64,000 nt of DNA from Eledone cirrhosa (Eukaryota), in contig OZ024746.1 of the NCBI GenBank assembly GCA_964016885.1, positions 17,732,001-17,796,000 of the forward strand, given 5' to 3'. A program made the position numbers and the translations under genes. Positions 42,792 to 57,738 of the stretch are shown in pieces. Position 1 is the first letter of the stretch; every line of letters begins with the position of its first letter. Below the pieces are notes generated by a model, which saw only the letters and a list, made by a program, of their open reading frames with translations, did no database searches and was not told where the DNA came from.

Positions 42792-45030
42792 TCTATATAT
42801 ATAAAACAGAAGATGTCTGTCTGTCTGTGTAACTGCATGCATTTCTACATTTTACAACCGATTTGCACCAAATTTCATCCATAGGTTTCTGAAGTCCTAT
42901 TACGCGTCGTAGGCTATTTTATTTTTCCGTACATTAATTATGGGGCCCTTTGGGAGCAGATAACCCCCTTAAGCCTCTCGCTTGGAGTCAGCAGTACTAC
43001 TGCATAAAGGCCACATAATTCCTACAGTTTTCCTCCCATCTTCACCAAAATTAATCTTTTGTTTGCTTATGGCCTACAAATAAATTTGCAGGCATGCACT
43101 TGCGCAGAAATACAGGTAGGGGACCCCTTGGCAGGGCAGTAAACCGACTTGATGAATGTTGAAGTTGATATCATCAATGCAACAAAACGTCATAACTGCT
43201 TGAGTTGGTGTTTGGTTTTCACGAACCGAGACGTATTGGTTACCTATGGCTTATAAAGGAAGGTGAACACATGAACTTTTACTTGAACTTATCAAGGGGA
43301 CCCGGGGGGGGGGGTAGTAAGCCCGTTCGACTTTTCTATTGAAGTTCACATTGACACTGTGTTAGTACCTGATAACTTTTGAAGTTTACGTTCGATTTTA
43401 ACTTTACCGGACACATTTGTTACTCATTGCCTAAAGATGGTGTTGAAGACACTGTCTCTACCCGGAACAAGCAAGGGGACCCCCAGGGGGCAGTAAGCCC
43501 CGGCGAGTCATTTATTGAATTTGGCTATTGTAATGCAGCAAAGCGTCATAGCTTCGATAATTGGTAGTCCAATAAAACGAATTTCGACTTAGTTGTTATT
43601 CATGTACTACAGATGAAGATACAGTGAGGCACATTTACTTTCATTTCAATTCAGCAAGAGGACCTCCTCGGGGACAATAGGCCCAATTCATTAACCTATA
43701 AAAGTTCAAACTGCCACAATAAAAAAGCACCATAACCTCGGGAGTTTATACTTGATTCTTACAAAAACTAAACGAAATGGATATTGCCTGCCATAAGATA
43801 AAGCACCACACATTCGTTATCACTTGAATTTTGCAAGGAAACCCCCTAGGGAGGGCAGTGAGCCCCTTTGGACCACTTTTAAAGTTCATATTATGGTTGC
43901 AGCAAAGCATTTCAACTTCTGGAAATAAAAGTCAATTTCAAACGAAAGTTGACGCATCGGTTACTCATGTCCTACAAATGGAGTTGAGAATTTTTAAATC
44001 TCCCTGACTTAACTTTAGTTTGTTTAGTTAACTTTAGGATGATTGAATTTAATGTTGCACCCGGTTGTCTCCCCCGTGTAATTGCACCACAATTAAGTGC
44101 GGAATAGGGAGTTAAATTATTTTCCTTGAACTTTGGCGTCATTTCACACTCCTAACCAAGAAAGCGCAATTTAACCCAGGTGTAAATTTTAACGCCTACT
44201 GTATGTGGATTGTGCTATTTCACACTCATGCCTAAACTGTGCGAATGATTGATTAGTTTTTGCACCCGGTTGTCTGCCCCGTTTAATTGCACCTCAATTA
44301 AGTGCGAAATGGCGACCTCTGGCCATCAGTGAGTTGTGTTCAGTAGATTTCATCACACTTATTTGTATTATCTAACCAATCAGACAACTCGAGTGTTGTT
44401 CATTGAGCGAAATCACTCCTATTTGTATCAGTCAAGTCCGACCTAGGATCACACTTCTTTTTTGGCTTTTGACAAGTGGTAGGTTTTTTTACATGCGTAC
44501 TCTCATAAGCTACCCATGTTTCTGAAACGCATGCTTCTTCAATATTTGTCACCTTAAAGGAGGTTTAGTTAATGTGTTTATGGTCATAAGGTTCCAGTTT
44601 ATCATGCTGTGATTTTTCGGCCATTTATGCCTGTATCCTTTCAATAGTTAGTACTTATTGCTATATTCGAACTGAACAAACATACTGACATTTATATACC
44701 TACCACTGTAGCCACACTATTTAATTTCCTTTATTACAGGTAGTCCGTACGCTGCGTTGCCCCTAACTTAAAACCTGAAATTTGACTGGTACACAAAATC
44801 TTGCAAAACATACTCACTTTCTCAGACCACATAGATTTATCTCATTTTTTCACAATTTATATCCGTGTTTAGATTTGCTTACTTAAACGTTATTTGTCCA
44901 CTATTTATCGTTCTCCCTGGATAATTTTCTAAAAGCAATGCTATAGTCGTGTTTAACGGAAGTCTTTCGGTTCATTTGAATGACTACTCCATTGAGAGTT
45001 ATTCCGCGCAACGCCGGGTACCTCTGCTAG
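42792..45030 (+). mobile_element. Non-autonomous Helitron
   Basis: A|TCTATATATATAAAA 5' end followed by (GTCT)n; 3' end CCGCGCAACGCCGGG..CTAG|T; no TSD. Confidence 0.75.
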
Positions 45031-46383
45031 TGTTATATACATCAGGATTACCGGAGAGAGGTTTGATATGTCATATATATCAGGATTAACCGATATATAG
45101 GAAATTGGCATTTGGAGAAAATTTATGGTTTTCATAAATAGTTATTTTGATTGTTTGTATTTTAATAATTTATTTCTAGGATATAATTACATAAATGTTA
45201 GAGCATATATGTATAAATGACATACAGGATTAAATTGTTTTGGAGAAATAACTATTTACAGGGACAAATGTAGAATTACAACCCAAGAACTTGTGATTGG
45301 AAAGCGAACTTCTTATTTTAGCAACATGGCTGACATAGAAAATGCATTGTGTATATATTTGTAAATGTAAATTTTAAAGAGTTACTAACAGATGATATGG
45401 TATGAACCCGTAACTCCCGAGGGAGTCGTAAGGGCGCCATATTGACATACGACGTTTCTAGGGCATTTTTTTTTTTAACCTGGCAGAGCCCATCTCCTCT
45501 CCAGGTTTGAATACAGCAGATTTCTTCCAGAGAAAGATAGAGAGAATGAGAGAAAGAAAGTGAGAAAGATATGTAGAGGCAGAATTGACCCCAGTACTTT
45601 ATTTTATCGACCTCAAATGGGGTACAGTATTTTGGATTGTAATGGGAATTTCAGCCCCTTATTTGTAGTTAATATCCATGTAATAGTAAACTCTCACACA
45701 TTTAACCTAAAAAAAAAATAGTCTTGAAAAATTTCGACTTTTTAATGAGTACATACGAATAATATAAACATTTTTCGTTTTATTTCATTTTTCAGTTCCA
45801 TTTATGGACTTTATGCTTTCAAAAACTATTTTCTTGGTTAACAAGACTTTCTTTATTCGATCTAAAAGAAAGTCTGACGTTTTTTTAAATAAAGATTCCA
45901 AACCTTATCAACTCTAGATTTTGCTGCGTCACCGAATATAGAAGCTTCACAAGAAATATCTTTCAGCTGGCGGCGATTTCTGCTGGCTTGCTTCTTCGTT
46001 TACCATATCACCACAGGTCTACAGTGTATATACGTGTGTGTATGTCTGTGTATGTGTGTGTCACTGTTTCTCTCTGTCTCTCTCCTCTATATATGAGTGA
46101 GTTTCTATCTATGTGTGTGTATACAAATATATATAGGTATATACATCTTGTGGCTGTGGTATAAGAAGAATTTGATTTTATTGTTTTTAACCACTATCCC
46201 ATATATACACACACACACAAGACATGTGGTTTGTGTGTTGATGGGTCATATCCTACGATATATTCGTCGTGTAAACAAGTACAGATCACATGACTTTGAG
46301 AGAGGAAGAGAAAGAGCGGGAGAAAAAAGAGACAGGGAGATTCTTGTATCGTAAGAAAGACATTTTAAAAACTTCGCTCTGAT

Positions 46384-46600
46384 AATAATTGTTTCTACAT
46401 TTTGGCACAAGGTCAGCAGTTTGAAGGAATGAAGAAAGTCGATTAAATCGACCCCAATGCGATCTGGTACTTTATTTTATCAGCCCCGTAAGGATAAAAG
46501 CAAAGCCAACCTCAGTGGGATTTGAACTCAGAAGGTAAAGGGGCGTAGCTATATGCCGCAAAGCATGTCCAATGTTCTACCGATTGTCCCAACCTACTGC
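46384..46600 (-). mobile_element. Older family A SINE
   Basis: Same tail, central domain and B-box with more divergence; other fragments at ~7938, 23192, 23396, 30890, 39717, 52960 and 54975. Confidence 0.75.
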
Positions 46601-46909
46601 ACTTGGTATAATAATTATAATAATAACAAGCCAGATGCAGGGTCGGTCGGTGGAATGGGGGGTTGATGGAGTTGGTGGGTGTTTTGTTAAGGATTTGACC
46701 TTGTTCTGTCGTGACGAAACAGAATTCCTTCTTTACAAATTTTTGCTGTGGATAAAATGACGGTGTTTGGTGTGAAAAGTCAGCCTAGACCCAATTTTTT
46801 TCTTCCCCTTTACTCAATTTTATGTAAATCTTCACAATTATCCTCGACGTTTTTGACCTCAGTAACTAAAGAAAAAAAAAATCAGTAGATTGGCAGAATT
46901 GGTAGAGCG

Positions 46910-47290
46910 TCGGATGGTCGAGCACCACAAGCTGAGCGCAATGGTGACACTCATTAACAAGTTCATTCACGGTGCCCTGCACCCTTATTCCCCAGACCTC
47001 TTCTTTTCGGCTACTCTGGCCACTCTTAGGAAGAAAGTTGGTGGCATACGCCTCATCGCTGTGGGTAATGTCTTCCGAAGGCCATGTGCAAGACTGTTGC
47101 ATCTGAACTGCGCGAGGAACTAAGCCCAATACAACTAAAGGTCGGCGTGACCGGAGGGTGTGAGGGTGTAGGGCGCCCACTCGAGTCGGCGCCAAAAGAT
47201 TCCAGGTATCTCACCGTCCTGGTAGACATGAGAAATACTGTCACTGTCTACGTCGCAACCACCTGATCGAGACTTATCCCAGCCGTGACC
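46910..47290 (+). mobile_element. CRE-clade non-LTR RT fragment, inserted in an old SINE
   Basis: FFSATLATLRKKVGGIRLIAVGNVFRR, then LREELSPIQLKVGVTGGCE..VDMRN; SINE head at 46889 and SINE body at ~47400. Confidence 0.72.
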
Positions 47291-48125
47291 GTTTGCCTAC
47301 TCATTGGCCTATCAATTGGATTTGTATCTTGGCAAGATTTTCCCATCAATAATTTCTTGCGTAAAATGCGTTCCTTTCAAAACATTGGTATTTGCGTCAT
47401 AAGGGCAGCGATGTTCTGAGTTCAAATCCTGTCGAGGCTAACTTTATCTTGCATCCTTCCGGGGTGGATAAAATCAGAGTTGGACTTTCACCTGCTAAGG
47501 CCCTAAACTATATAAAATTTGGGGCCCTACTCTAAAAAAAAAAATTATTATTACTTTTTGTTAATGATAAAGAATAAATAGTATATATAATTTTTGATGA
47601 TTTAGTGTTAAAGAATAAAAACTAATGATAAAATATTTATATATTTTAAATGAGGCCCCGAGGGTGTGAGGCCCTAAGCTACAGCTTATAGGTAAGTCCA
47701 GTGCTATTCCCGCAAATTTTCTGGCTTGTGCTTGAATTAGATATCAATATGTGTCATTTGATACCCAAGTATCATGTATCATACTTTCACAGAAGTATTT
47801 ATCGTTTGACTTCACATCCATTAATACTTAATACTACATTAATACACACACACCACATGACAGTATTTTATTGAACTTAACGTTGGATTATTTCTTATGC
47901 TAACTTTCCTACGTAGTAATATCACGTTAATTTTATGTAGAGTAAATATAAAAGAAATTCGAATTTGTGCGCAGTTTTCTTGCTTATTATTTCGTATATT
48001 GTTTTTAAACCTTCTGGTTTTACTCTCCCACAAATATACTTCTTATAAATTAGTTGACCCCGATTTAAATTTACTACAAATTGCTGACTGTTATTGTTAC
48101 AGAACCAACAACACTGGGTTGCCAA

Positions 48126-48254
48126 CAGTGCTGGGCTTACCTAGAAGTTAAATAAGCTATAGCTTAGGGTCACACACTCTCAGGGGCCTCATTTTTTAAA
48201 ATATATTTTTATTTTATCAGTTTTTGTTCTTTAACACTAAATCATCATCATCAT

Positions 48255-48315
<61 letters not shown>

Positions 48316-48635
48316 CGGCGATGACCGTTGGTCAGTCAATGGCAAAGTTGAGGACCGAATAAATTAAATTAACCGATATAAAAGACACAGAAGCGAAAAG
48401 CGAAAACCAACCAAACAGTGAATGTGTTCTGTTATTAATTCTGGCAATATTACACAAATATGACCCTCCCCAAGTGTATATATATATATATATATATATA
48501 TTCTTTATCATTAACAATAATATAAAAAATAACAATCATGTATAGTCATTTTACATTTTTTTTACCTGAATTTTTTAGTGAAGGGCCTCAAATATCATAT
48601 AGCTTAGGGCCTCAGCAAGTGAAAGTCTGGCCCAG
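48126..48635. mobile_element. hAT-type MITE with an internal TA-embedded insertion
   Basis: 8-bp TSD GTTGCCAA; related copies at 9516-9632 and 47475-47706 (inverted). Confidence 0.78.
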
Positions 48636-48982
48636 GTTGCCAAACCAAATGAATGAACTGGGGGAGGAAAACCCACGCAATGTGTGGATAGACTTGGAAA
48701 AATAGGATTGCTACTGAGAGCGCCCGGCTGATATACTCAAACTTTTAACAACAAAAGAATATGAAGAGATAAAGTATTTCTGTCCAGAAGTTGGGGGGGG
48801 GGGGTACTTTGTTGATGACGTCACTGAAGAAATGCTTACGAGGGATTTTGGTAGTTCTTAGGAAGTATATAATGTCTTGTAAGTGGTCAGGAATGTGGGG
48901 GGTGTTCTGACACAACTAGTAGAACCTCAGCTGTGTATAGTGGGTAGGTTAGAAACTCTAAATAGTTGTGTTTTATATCATA

Positions 48983-49040
48983 CTAGCAGAATGGCCCGGC
49001 GTTGCTCGGGATTTGTTCTAGGGTTCTTATATATTTGATA
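48983..49040 (-). mobile_element. Helitron 3' end remnant
   Basis: Minus strand CCCGAGCAACGCCGGG hairpin followed by CCATTCTGCTAG|T. Confidence 0.6.
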
Positions 49041-49829
49041 TATATTTATCCTTATCGAGCCTCGTGAAATAAATACGTTTGTTTATAACGAAATCATTAT
49101 TATTATTAACATACTCACCAACTTAATAATGCTTTCTTTATTCAATAATAATGCTTTCTTTATTCAATAATAATGCTTTCTTTATTACTCACCAACTTAA
49201 TAATGAGAAAGTTAGTTATATTACAAAATCCTCCCAAATACTTGATTATTTTCAAAGTGATTTTAAAATCATAGGCAGACCTAGATTTAGACCTTGAGGG
49301 GCCCGAGACAGTTCAGGCTTGGTGGGCTCCTCATATAACACACATATACATACATATACACACATATACATACATATACACACATATACATACATATACA
49401 CACATATACATACATATAAATACACACATAAGGAAGAAAGAAAGAAAGAAAGAAAAGAAAAAGAAGGGCCCCTGTTCGGAGGAAGGGCTCTGTTTAATGA
49501 CAGGGGCCCAGGGTATTCGCTGAGCCCCAGCTCCCGATAAATCCGGCCCCTGATATTATAATAGACAGTGATCATTTATTTATTTATATTTTTTACGTCA
49601 TAAATTTGAAAACAGAAGGCTTAAAATAAAAATATATATTGATGTTGGTTTTGTTGTTGTTGTGGGGTTGGGAACAGTTCAAATTGGTAGGGTGTTGAGG
49701 GTGTCCCACAAAAGGCTGATTCGTATTTCATTAGGTCCTCTCTCTCACCCTCTCCCTCATCTGTCTTCTCTCTCTTTCTCACGCATACCCTCTGTCCATC
49801 CCTCCCTCCTTTCTTTCTCTCTTTTGATG

Positions 49830-51212
49830 GTAATGAAGACGATAGCAGTGGTGGTGTTGTTGGCGATGATGATAATGGTAATGATGATGGTGGTGGTGGT
49901 AGTGGTGGTGATGGTGGTGATGATGTTAATGATAGCTGTGGTGGTGGTGGTGATGATGTTAATGATAGCTGTGGTGGTGGTGGTGTTGGTGGTGGTGATG
50001 TTAATGATAGCTATGGTGTTGGTGGTGATGATGTTAATGATATCTGTGGTGGTGGTGGTGGTGGTGGTGGTGATGATGTTAATGATATCTGTGGTGATGG
50101 TGGTGTTGGTGATGGTGGTGGTGGTGATGGTGGTGGTGGTGATGGTGGTGATGGTGGGGATGATGTTAATGGTAGTGATGGTGATGATGGTGGTGATGGT
50201 GGTGATGATGTTAATGGTAGTGATGGTGGTGGTGTTGGTGATGATGGTGGTGATGGTGGTGGTGGTGATGGTGGTGATGATGTTAATGATAGCTGTGGTG
50301 GTGGTGGTGGTGGTGATGATGTTAATGAAAGCTGTGGTGGTGTTGGTGATGATGGTGGTGGTGGTGATGGTGGTGGTGAGTTAATGATAGCTGTGGTGGT
50401 GGTGATGGTGGTGGTGTTGGGGATGGTGGTGGTGGTGATGGTGGTGGTGGTGGTGGTGGTGATGGTGGTGGTGGTGGTGGTGGTGGTGGTGGTGTTGGTG
50501 ATGGTGGTTGTGATGGTGGCGGTGGTGTTGGTGATGGTGGTGGTGGTGATGGTGGTGATGATGGTGGTGGTGGTGGTGGTGGTGGTGTTGGTGATGGTGG
50601 TTGTGATGGTGGTGGTGGTGATGGTGGTGGTGGTGGTGGTGATGGTGGTGGTGGTGATGATGGTGGTGATGGTGGTGGTGGTGGTGGTGGTGGTGGTGGT
50701 GATGGTGGTGTTGGCGGTGTTGGTGGTGGTGAAGTTAATGATAGCTGTGGTGGTGGTGTTGGTGATGATGATGTTAATGATAGCTGTGGTGATGGTGGTG
50801 GTGGTGTTGGTGATGGTGGTGGTTGTAGTGGTGGTGGTGAAGTTAATGATAGCTGTGGTGGTGATGATGATGTCAACAATAGATATGATGATGATGATGA
50901 TTTATTGTTTATTTTCTGGTTATCAACATCAAGCCGGGGGGGGGAGGGTAACGAGTTTTCATTTTCTCCCTAACTACACCCTCTTCCTAACTACCACCCT
51001 CTCTCTCTAACCCCCCTCTCTTTAACTATTAACCCCCACTTCCCAACTAGCCCCACCTTCCTAACACCCCCTCCTTTTTTTCAACTACCTCTCTCTCTTT
51101 TTTTTCATCAAAAGACTGAGTTACTCTGCTCCTCTTCCTCCTCCTCCTCCCTTCCTGACATCAAGCATCTGTTATTGACATTCCAACATTGACTCTCTCT
51201 TTCTCTCTCTCT

Positions 51213-51276
<64 letters not shown>

Positions 51277-52040
51277 TTTCTCAATCACTCTTTCTTATAT
51301 CTTTCTCTTCGTCTCTTCACTCTCTCTCTTTCTTTCTCTCTCACTCTCTTCTCTTGTTTTCTGTCTTTTTCTCTTTCATTCTCACACACACTGGTGGTGG
51401 AGGTGGGAGTGTTGGTGCTGTTAATGGTGGTTGTGATAATTGTTGTGGTGATGGTAGTGGTGGTGGTGGTAGTGGTGATGATGATGATGATGGCTGTGTT
51501 GTTGGTGTTGGTGGCAGTGATGGTGGTGGTGGTAATGGTGGTAGCGGTGATGATGATGATGATGGCTGTGTTGTTGGTGTTGGTGGCAGTGATGGTGGTG
51601 GTGGTAATGGTGGTAGTGGTGATGATGATGATGATGGCTGTGTTGTTGGTGTTGGTGGCAGTGATGGTGGTGGTGGTAATGGTGGTAGCGGTGATGATGA
51701 TGATGATGGCTGTGTTGTTGGTGTTGGTGGCAGTGATGGTGGTGGTGGTAATGGTGGTAGCGGTGATGATGATGATGATGGCTGTGTTGTTGGTGTTGGT
51801 GGCAGTGATGGTGGTGGTGGTAATGGTGGTAGCGGTGATGATGATGATGGCTGTGTTGTTGGTGTTGGTGGCAGCGGTGATGATGATGGCTGTGTTGTTG
51901 GTGTTGGTGGCAGTGATGGTGGTGGTGGTAATGGTGGTAGCGGTGATGATGATGATGGCTGTGTTGTTGGTGTTGGTGGCAGTGATGGTGGTGGCGGTAG
52001 TAGCGGTGTTGTTGGTGGAAATAGTGGGGGAGTGTAGTGG
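49830..52040. repeat. GGT/GAT-derived compound microsatellites including a 75-bp higher-order unit
   Basis: Two blocks, 49830-50870 and 51390-52040. Confidence 0.9.
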
Positions 52041-52259
52041 TGAGGATGGAGGTGGTCTATTTAAACCTTTTTCCTAGTGACATAATGCAAATTATAGTAC
52101 ATCTAACAGATTCTTACATGCGTCATTCATGTCACATACACACACGTGTGTATTATGTATGCATATATGTATGTATATATGCATATAAGTATATATGCAT
52201 GTATGTATGCATATATATATATGTATTTGACGTTAAACTCCACCAGTTGCAGGCTGCGC

Positions 52260-52795
52260 ATCAACATGAGATATTTTTCTCCACAAAGTTTGATCACCAA
52301 CAGCAGAGTTTAAAGAGTCCAGTCCATATGTTGAGATTATCAAGCCATTGTTTTGGCTGCCAGCCTCTGCTTCTCTTTCCAGCCAACCTTCCTTCCAGGC
52401 ATAACCTACTCACACCATGCATTGATCTTTTTATATGACCGTATAGTTTGACTTCACAATTGTAATTGGTCTAAGTTTGGTAATGTTGAACAGCTCACTG
52501 ATACAGATAAGGTCACTGAGCCACTTGCCAGTCATAAGTCTCATGATGTGGTTCTGCCATGTAGAGAGCTTCTGAACTGACCTTGTCATCCAATTAACAC
52601 AGTCAAGACCATATACACAACTGGTAGGATGTAAGTATTGAGGATCTTAGCCTTCAAATGATAGGAAACTCGCTTTGATGTTAGTACTTCCTTGTTCTTG
52701 TTGAAACCTAGAGCAATGCGATACTGCGCAGCGACCATTCCATTGTTGTTTGATGATAGTTTGTGACCAAGATGTATATGAATGCATATATATGT
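52260..52795 (-). mobile_element. RTE-type LINE RT 3' fragment, degenerate
   Basis: Manual minus-strand translation across frameshifts: LGHKLSSNNNG..YRIALG..LKAKILNTYILPV..YGLDC..YGHIKR..LEGRLAGKRSRGWQPKQWLDNL. Confidence 0.72.
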
Positions 52796-53415
52796 ATGAA
52801 TATATGTATGTATATATATGTTGGTACGATAAGTGTGTCATCATCATGAACGTAAGGTAAGGTAAGTGTATCATCAGTGCTGGGGCACTGTTCATTCAGT
52901 GAATTTTCACAGAAAGAGATAAATAGAAAGGAAGGAAGAGACATAGAGGAAGAATCTACCCCAGTACTGGAGTAGGTGAAAGGATGAAAGGCAAAGTTGA
53001 CCTTGATTGGATTTGAACTCAGAGTACACAGATGTGGAACAAATACAAGGAAGTATATATATATTTATAAATAAATCCAACCTCTTTAAAAACCACTGTA
53101 AAAACAACAAAGAAACTGTGTTTGAAAAAAAATTTTTGTTCCAAATTTGTCCTAGTTATTAACCTTCAATAATTTAAATACAATAATAAGTAGGTTTGTC
53201 TTACAACCTCCTCCATCCCCACCATATGTGTCTGTAGATGAACATTATTATTATTATTATTAAACAGTAGCTGACATTGACCCCCCCCCCCCTCCATATC
53301 AATAGAAACATTTATGTACTCTCTATAAGAGAGCTTTTTGTTAGTTGGGTGTACATGTTCATGTGCACACGTAGACACGCGTACATTCATAGATATATTT
53401 CAATGTATGTGTGTA

Positions 53416-53462
<47 letters not shown>

Positions 53463-55910
53463 GTATATGTATAAACGTAAATAAGACCATTATTGCTCCA
53501 ATCTGTTCACAAAACACTGAACAAACACCCTAAACAGAACGCCAACCCGTACTCATGACTCCTGCTAAACAAACCCTCCAAATTTGGTAAACTGAACACA
53601 GACTGCCCATCTTCCCAAACTCAGCAAACCAAACATAAACTGCAACAGCCACCAAATAGGGAAGACAGACATTATCAAGCTGCAGCTGTCATATTACATA
53701 GTTTCTATATAATAAAGCTAATAAGCTATTATCATCATATATATATATTATATATTTATATAGGAAAGAAAGTCTAATTTATAATTTATTCCACATGGTT
53801 AGAAATATAAAGAAAAGAAATTGAAAATGCTCTTGGAGCATCTAAGAAGATTTATTTACAACAACTTATTTTACCTGTTTCATGATTTTTGACAATTTTC
53901 AAAAGTGACAAGGAAAGACATGGAACTTTGCTGTAGTCAGACTGATGTTTGAAACTGTTCTTGTTTTATGGAGAGAACATGGTTCAAATTACAATCTGCT
54001 TAAGATACAATTTGATTTATTAAGGACGACCACATGATTAAGCATAGAATTTTATTATTTTTTTAAATCATTCAGTGTGTCAAATAGACATAACTTCATC
54101 TGCAGGAATGGGACTTATATGTAAAAGAAAATGCTTAAAAATTAAATTATGTTTGATAAAAATGAAGAAAGAATTAAAGAAAATTATTGTAACTGGATTT
54201 AAACCTTTTTATATTCTTACTGTTGATATATTTTTTCTTTATCTTTTTTTTATTTGTGCTTCTTTTGCCTCCCAATGGCATACACTCTTTTCCTTTTATA
54301 TATCTGTCTACCTATAGTGGTGTAGGTGGTGGTGGTGGTGGTGGTGGTGGCGGCGACAGTGGTAGGGAGTGGGGGTGCTTCAAAACCTTCCAGGTAGATA
54401 TTTTAATTCAAAATAATTCTAAGGTGGATTTAAAAAATAACTTATCACCACAATTTTTATTTTCTAAATCTTAGGATGTCCCTTTTAAAAGTAGGGGTTG
54501 GGAGTGAGAGGGAGGGCAGTGCCATTCCAGTCTCCTCCTGCTGCAATGAGTGGAGGGGAGAGGAATGGATTGGACCAGTCAAACAATTAGAATGATGATG
54601 ATAATGAAGGCAGTCATGATGATGATGGTGATGATGGCAATGATAATGATAGAAACAATGATAAGGATTGTGATGATGGTGACAAGGATGATGATGATGA
54701 TGATGTCAAGGATGATGATGATGGTAACAATGATGATAATGATGACGATGATGGTGACAATGATGATGATGATGACAATGATGACGATGATGACGGTGGT
54801 GATAATGATGATGGTGATGATGATGATGATGGTGTTAATGATGATGGTGATGATGGTGATGGTGATGATGATGATGATGGTGATGGTGATGGTGTTGATG
54901 GTGATGATGGTGATGGTGATGATGATGATGGTGTTGATGTGTGGTGGAAGAAAGTGGAACGATTAACAATTAACATGAAGGATGAAATGCAAAATAGACC
55001 TTGGCAGGATTTTAACTCAGAATGCAAAAAGCCATAACTATATGCTACAAAACATTTTATCTGACATTCTAATGATGCTGCCAATCAGCCTTCTTAAATA
55101 CCAACTTTAATGAGAATATATTAGTAAATCTCTTCAAATTCTGGAATATCTTCAAAAGTATTTGAAACTAATGGGAAGTCTTTTATTAGAAATATGGTAA
55201 TGAAAGAGTTAATTATATAGGCAGTGTCTTTCATTTGAAGTATGGTAATGAAAAGGTTGTTACACAACAGACAAAAGCTGCTAAATTTGCTTAACATTTA
55301 TCCTTTATTTCTTAGTGTTAAATTTTTCATCACACTGCTTGCAACCTGGTCATTGACAGAATTCCACTCCAACTCTATATAGCTATATACAATACACTTC
55401 CATATAGCTATATACACTTCTGTATATTTGTATAAAGATCCAAAGGCCAGAGAGCATGCAAAATAAGTCATCCCACAGAGTGAGTGCTCCTCCAAATTAC
55501 ACTACACTGTATACATGTGTGTGTGTGTGTGTGCATAAAAGGATAGTGCCCCAGTAAGACCACAGTCTAACGACAGAGACCAGTACAATAATAGTGCCCC
55601 AGTGTAATGACTTACACACTAACTTGTCCACTTGCTGTCACTTTTCCTTTTCCAGTCATTTACCCCCCCCCCCCAACTACAAAGGGGAAATAACTCTTAC
55701 CTCATTACCACAATACGGGTCAATATCCTCAACATGCCGCTGTCAACGATGTCATTAGAAAGAACATTAGGGGTTCAACGACTATTTCCTTTTCGTGCTG
55801 GTCGCCGCCGAAACTTTTCGGATCTTCGCTCTCCAAACTGCTATTTTCCTTCACAAAATTGGGAGGAGTGCATCTTTAATGAGGAAGGAGCCCAGTAATG
55901 CAGTGTGGCT

Positions 55911-56612
55911 GATAATAATAATGATAATAATAATAATAATAATGAAATTATTGTGTAAAGTGCTCAGGTGCACTACAACTCGTCAAAGGTGTATGTATAG
56001 TACATAGAATAATACACAAATGTCAAGGAAGAACATGTGTGTATGTGTTAGCTGTAGTGTTGGCGGATCTCGGGAAGCATGGAGGCCTTAAAGGATGCAG
56101 TGTCTCGACAGCTAACAACTGATCCAGGTAGTTTGTTCCACGCCTCAGCAACTCTGAGCGTGAAAAAATGTTTCCGAAAGTCATGGGAACTGTGCTGTTT
56201 TCTTACTTTGTGGGCATGTCCACGTGTGTTAGACACATGGAAATCAAAAAGGTACTCAGGGTTGTTGTTGGCAACATGGTTAACAATTTTGTGGGTGTTT
56301 ACCAAGTCAGTTGCCAGGCGTCGGAGCTTCAATGAATCCATGCCCAGGGAAGCAAGGCGCTCAGAGTATGGTAGATGCCTGATGGAGGGTATTCGCTTGG
56401 TTGCACGTCTCTGAACAGTTTCCAGGCGGTCAATGTCCTGAGCAAGATAGGGGTTCCAGACTGGTGATGCAAATTCTAAGTGTGGTCGCACCATAGCTGT
56501 ATACAGCCTTAAATAGATATCTGGAGAGCGGCTGACAAAGGTCTTGCTGAGTGATGCTAAGACACCCTCGGCCCTCTTGACAATTTTAGAGACGTGCCTC
56601 GTCCAACGCAAA
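55911..56612 (-). mobile_element. CR1-type LINE 3' fragment (RT C-terminus, 3' UTR, (ATT)n tail)
   Basis: ORF 56048-56623 with LYTAMVRPHLEFASPVWNP, LETVQRRATK, TRGH, FFTLRVAEAWNKLP; tail at ~55911-55943. Confidence 0.88.
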
Positions 56613-57425
56613 TGATGCAACAATTCTTTTGCCAGCTGTTCTCAGCACCTATGTCTTCGCCATGTTGTCCGCGGAGCAAAGATAAGATATATGAAATAAT
56701 AAAACTAGCTGTCAAGTTAAGCCCGTCATGAAAGGAGCAACCACCAATAAGACTGAGTCAGAAGTCGTTTACTGTAAACAAAAGATGTATTAAATAGCAT
56801 AATCATAAATGGGGGGGGGGGGGGGCAGTCGTGTGATAGTGTGTTTTGTTAGACATGCAGGTGTTTTAGGAGGTGTCTGGGATGTTCCATTATGTTGTGA
56901 GAATGGGGGCGGGGGCACTCATGGTGGTATGTGATAAACATGACAATTGAATGAAGGGGAAAGGAATACATGTTCAATTCTGAATATGTGACAAGAAATG
57001 TTTTGACGCACGATATACCATCTAGACTCGGTTATAGAGTCTACCCCGCCCTCACTCCCGTTTACTTAACTTTTGAGATTTAACATTATTTTTTCTCTTT
57101 GTTTTGTTGTTGTTATTTTCAAATATTCAAACGTTAATAAATTGTAAGACCTTCGTATAATTGTAAGACCTTCTATATGTTAATAGTATGCTTTGTTAAC
57201 AAAACACACCTATAAAAAATACAACAGAAAATTTCGAATGTTTATATAAAGTTCGCTAACAATCGAAGGGAAATAAATCTTGTCATGAATAGAGCTGATA
57301 ACTGGTTTGAGTTATTTCCCTTATAATCATATAAGTTCACTTGCTGTGGTATAGTTGAAACATCATGTAAGAAGTAAAATTTTGTTTTTAACGAACTGCA
57401 ATTCCCTCATTTATTCATTTTGCTT

Positions 57426-57583
<158 letters not shown>

Positions 57584-57598
57584 TAAAATAACGGATTC

Positions 57599-57650
57599 AA
57601 GTTTAAGCAAAGAATCGCTGCTTTCACCCTTAACGGGATCTTCTGAAACT
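57599..57650 (-). ncRNA. Second copy of the U4A hammerhead-like motif
   Basis: Reverse complement identical to 17540-17591; lies between TA tracts in the left PLE arm. Confidence 0.55.
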
Positions 57651-57738
57651 ATATATATATATAAAATATTAAAAAAATAATGAATAAAACAAAGAAACAG
57701 TTCCTTATATTAAACAAAAAAAGTTCATTATTTTACGA

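Noticed and set aside
45896-55490. Exon-like segments at ~45896-46016, 53877-53995(-) and 55316-55480
   Set aside because: Weak splice sites or stops in the relevant frames, and no recognisable protein.
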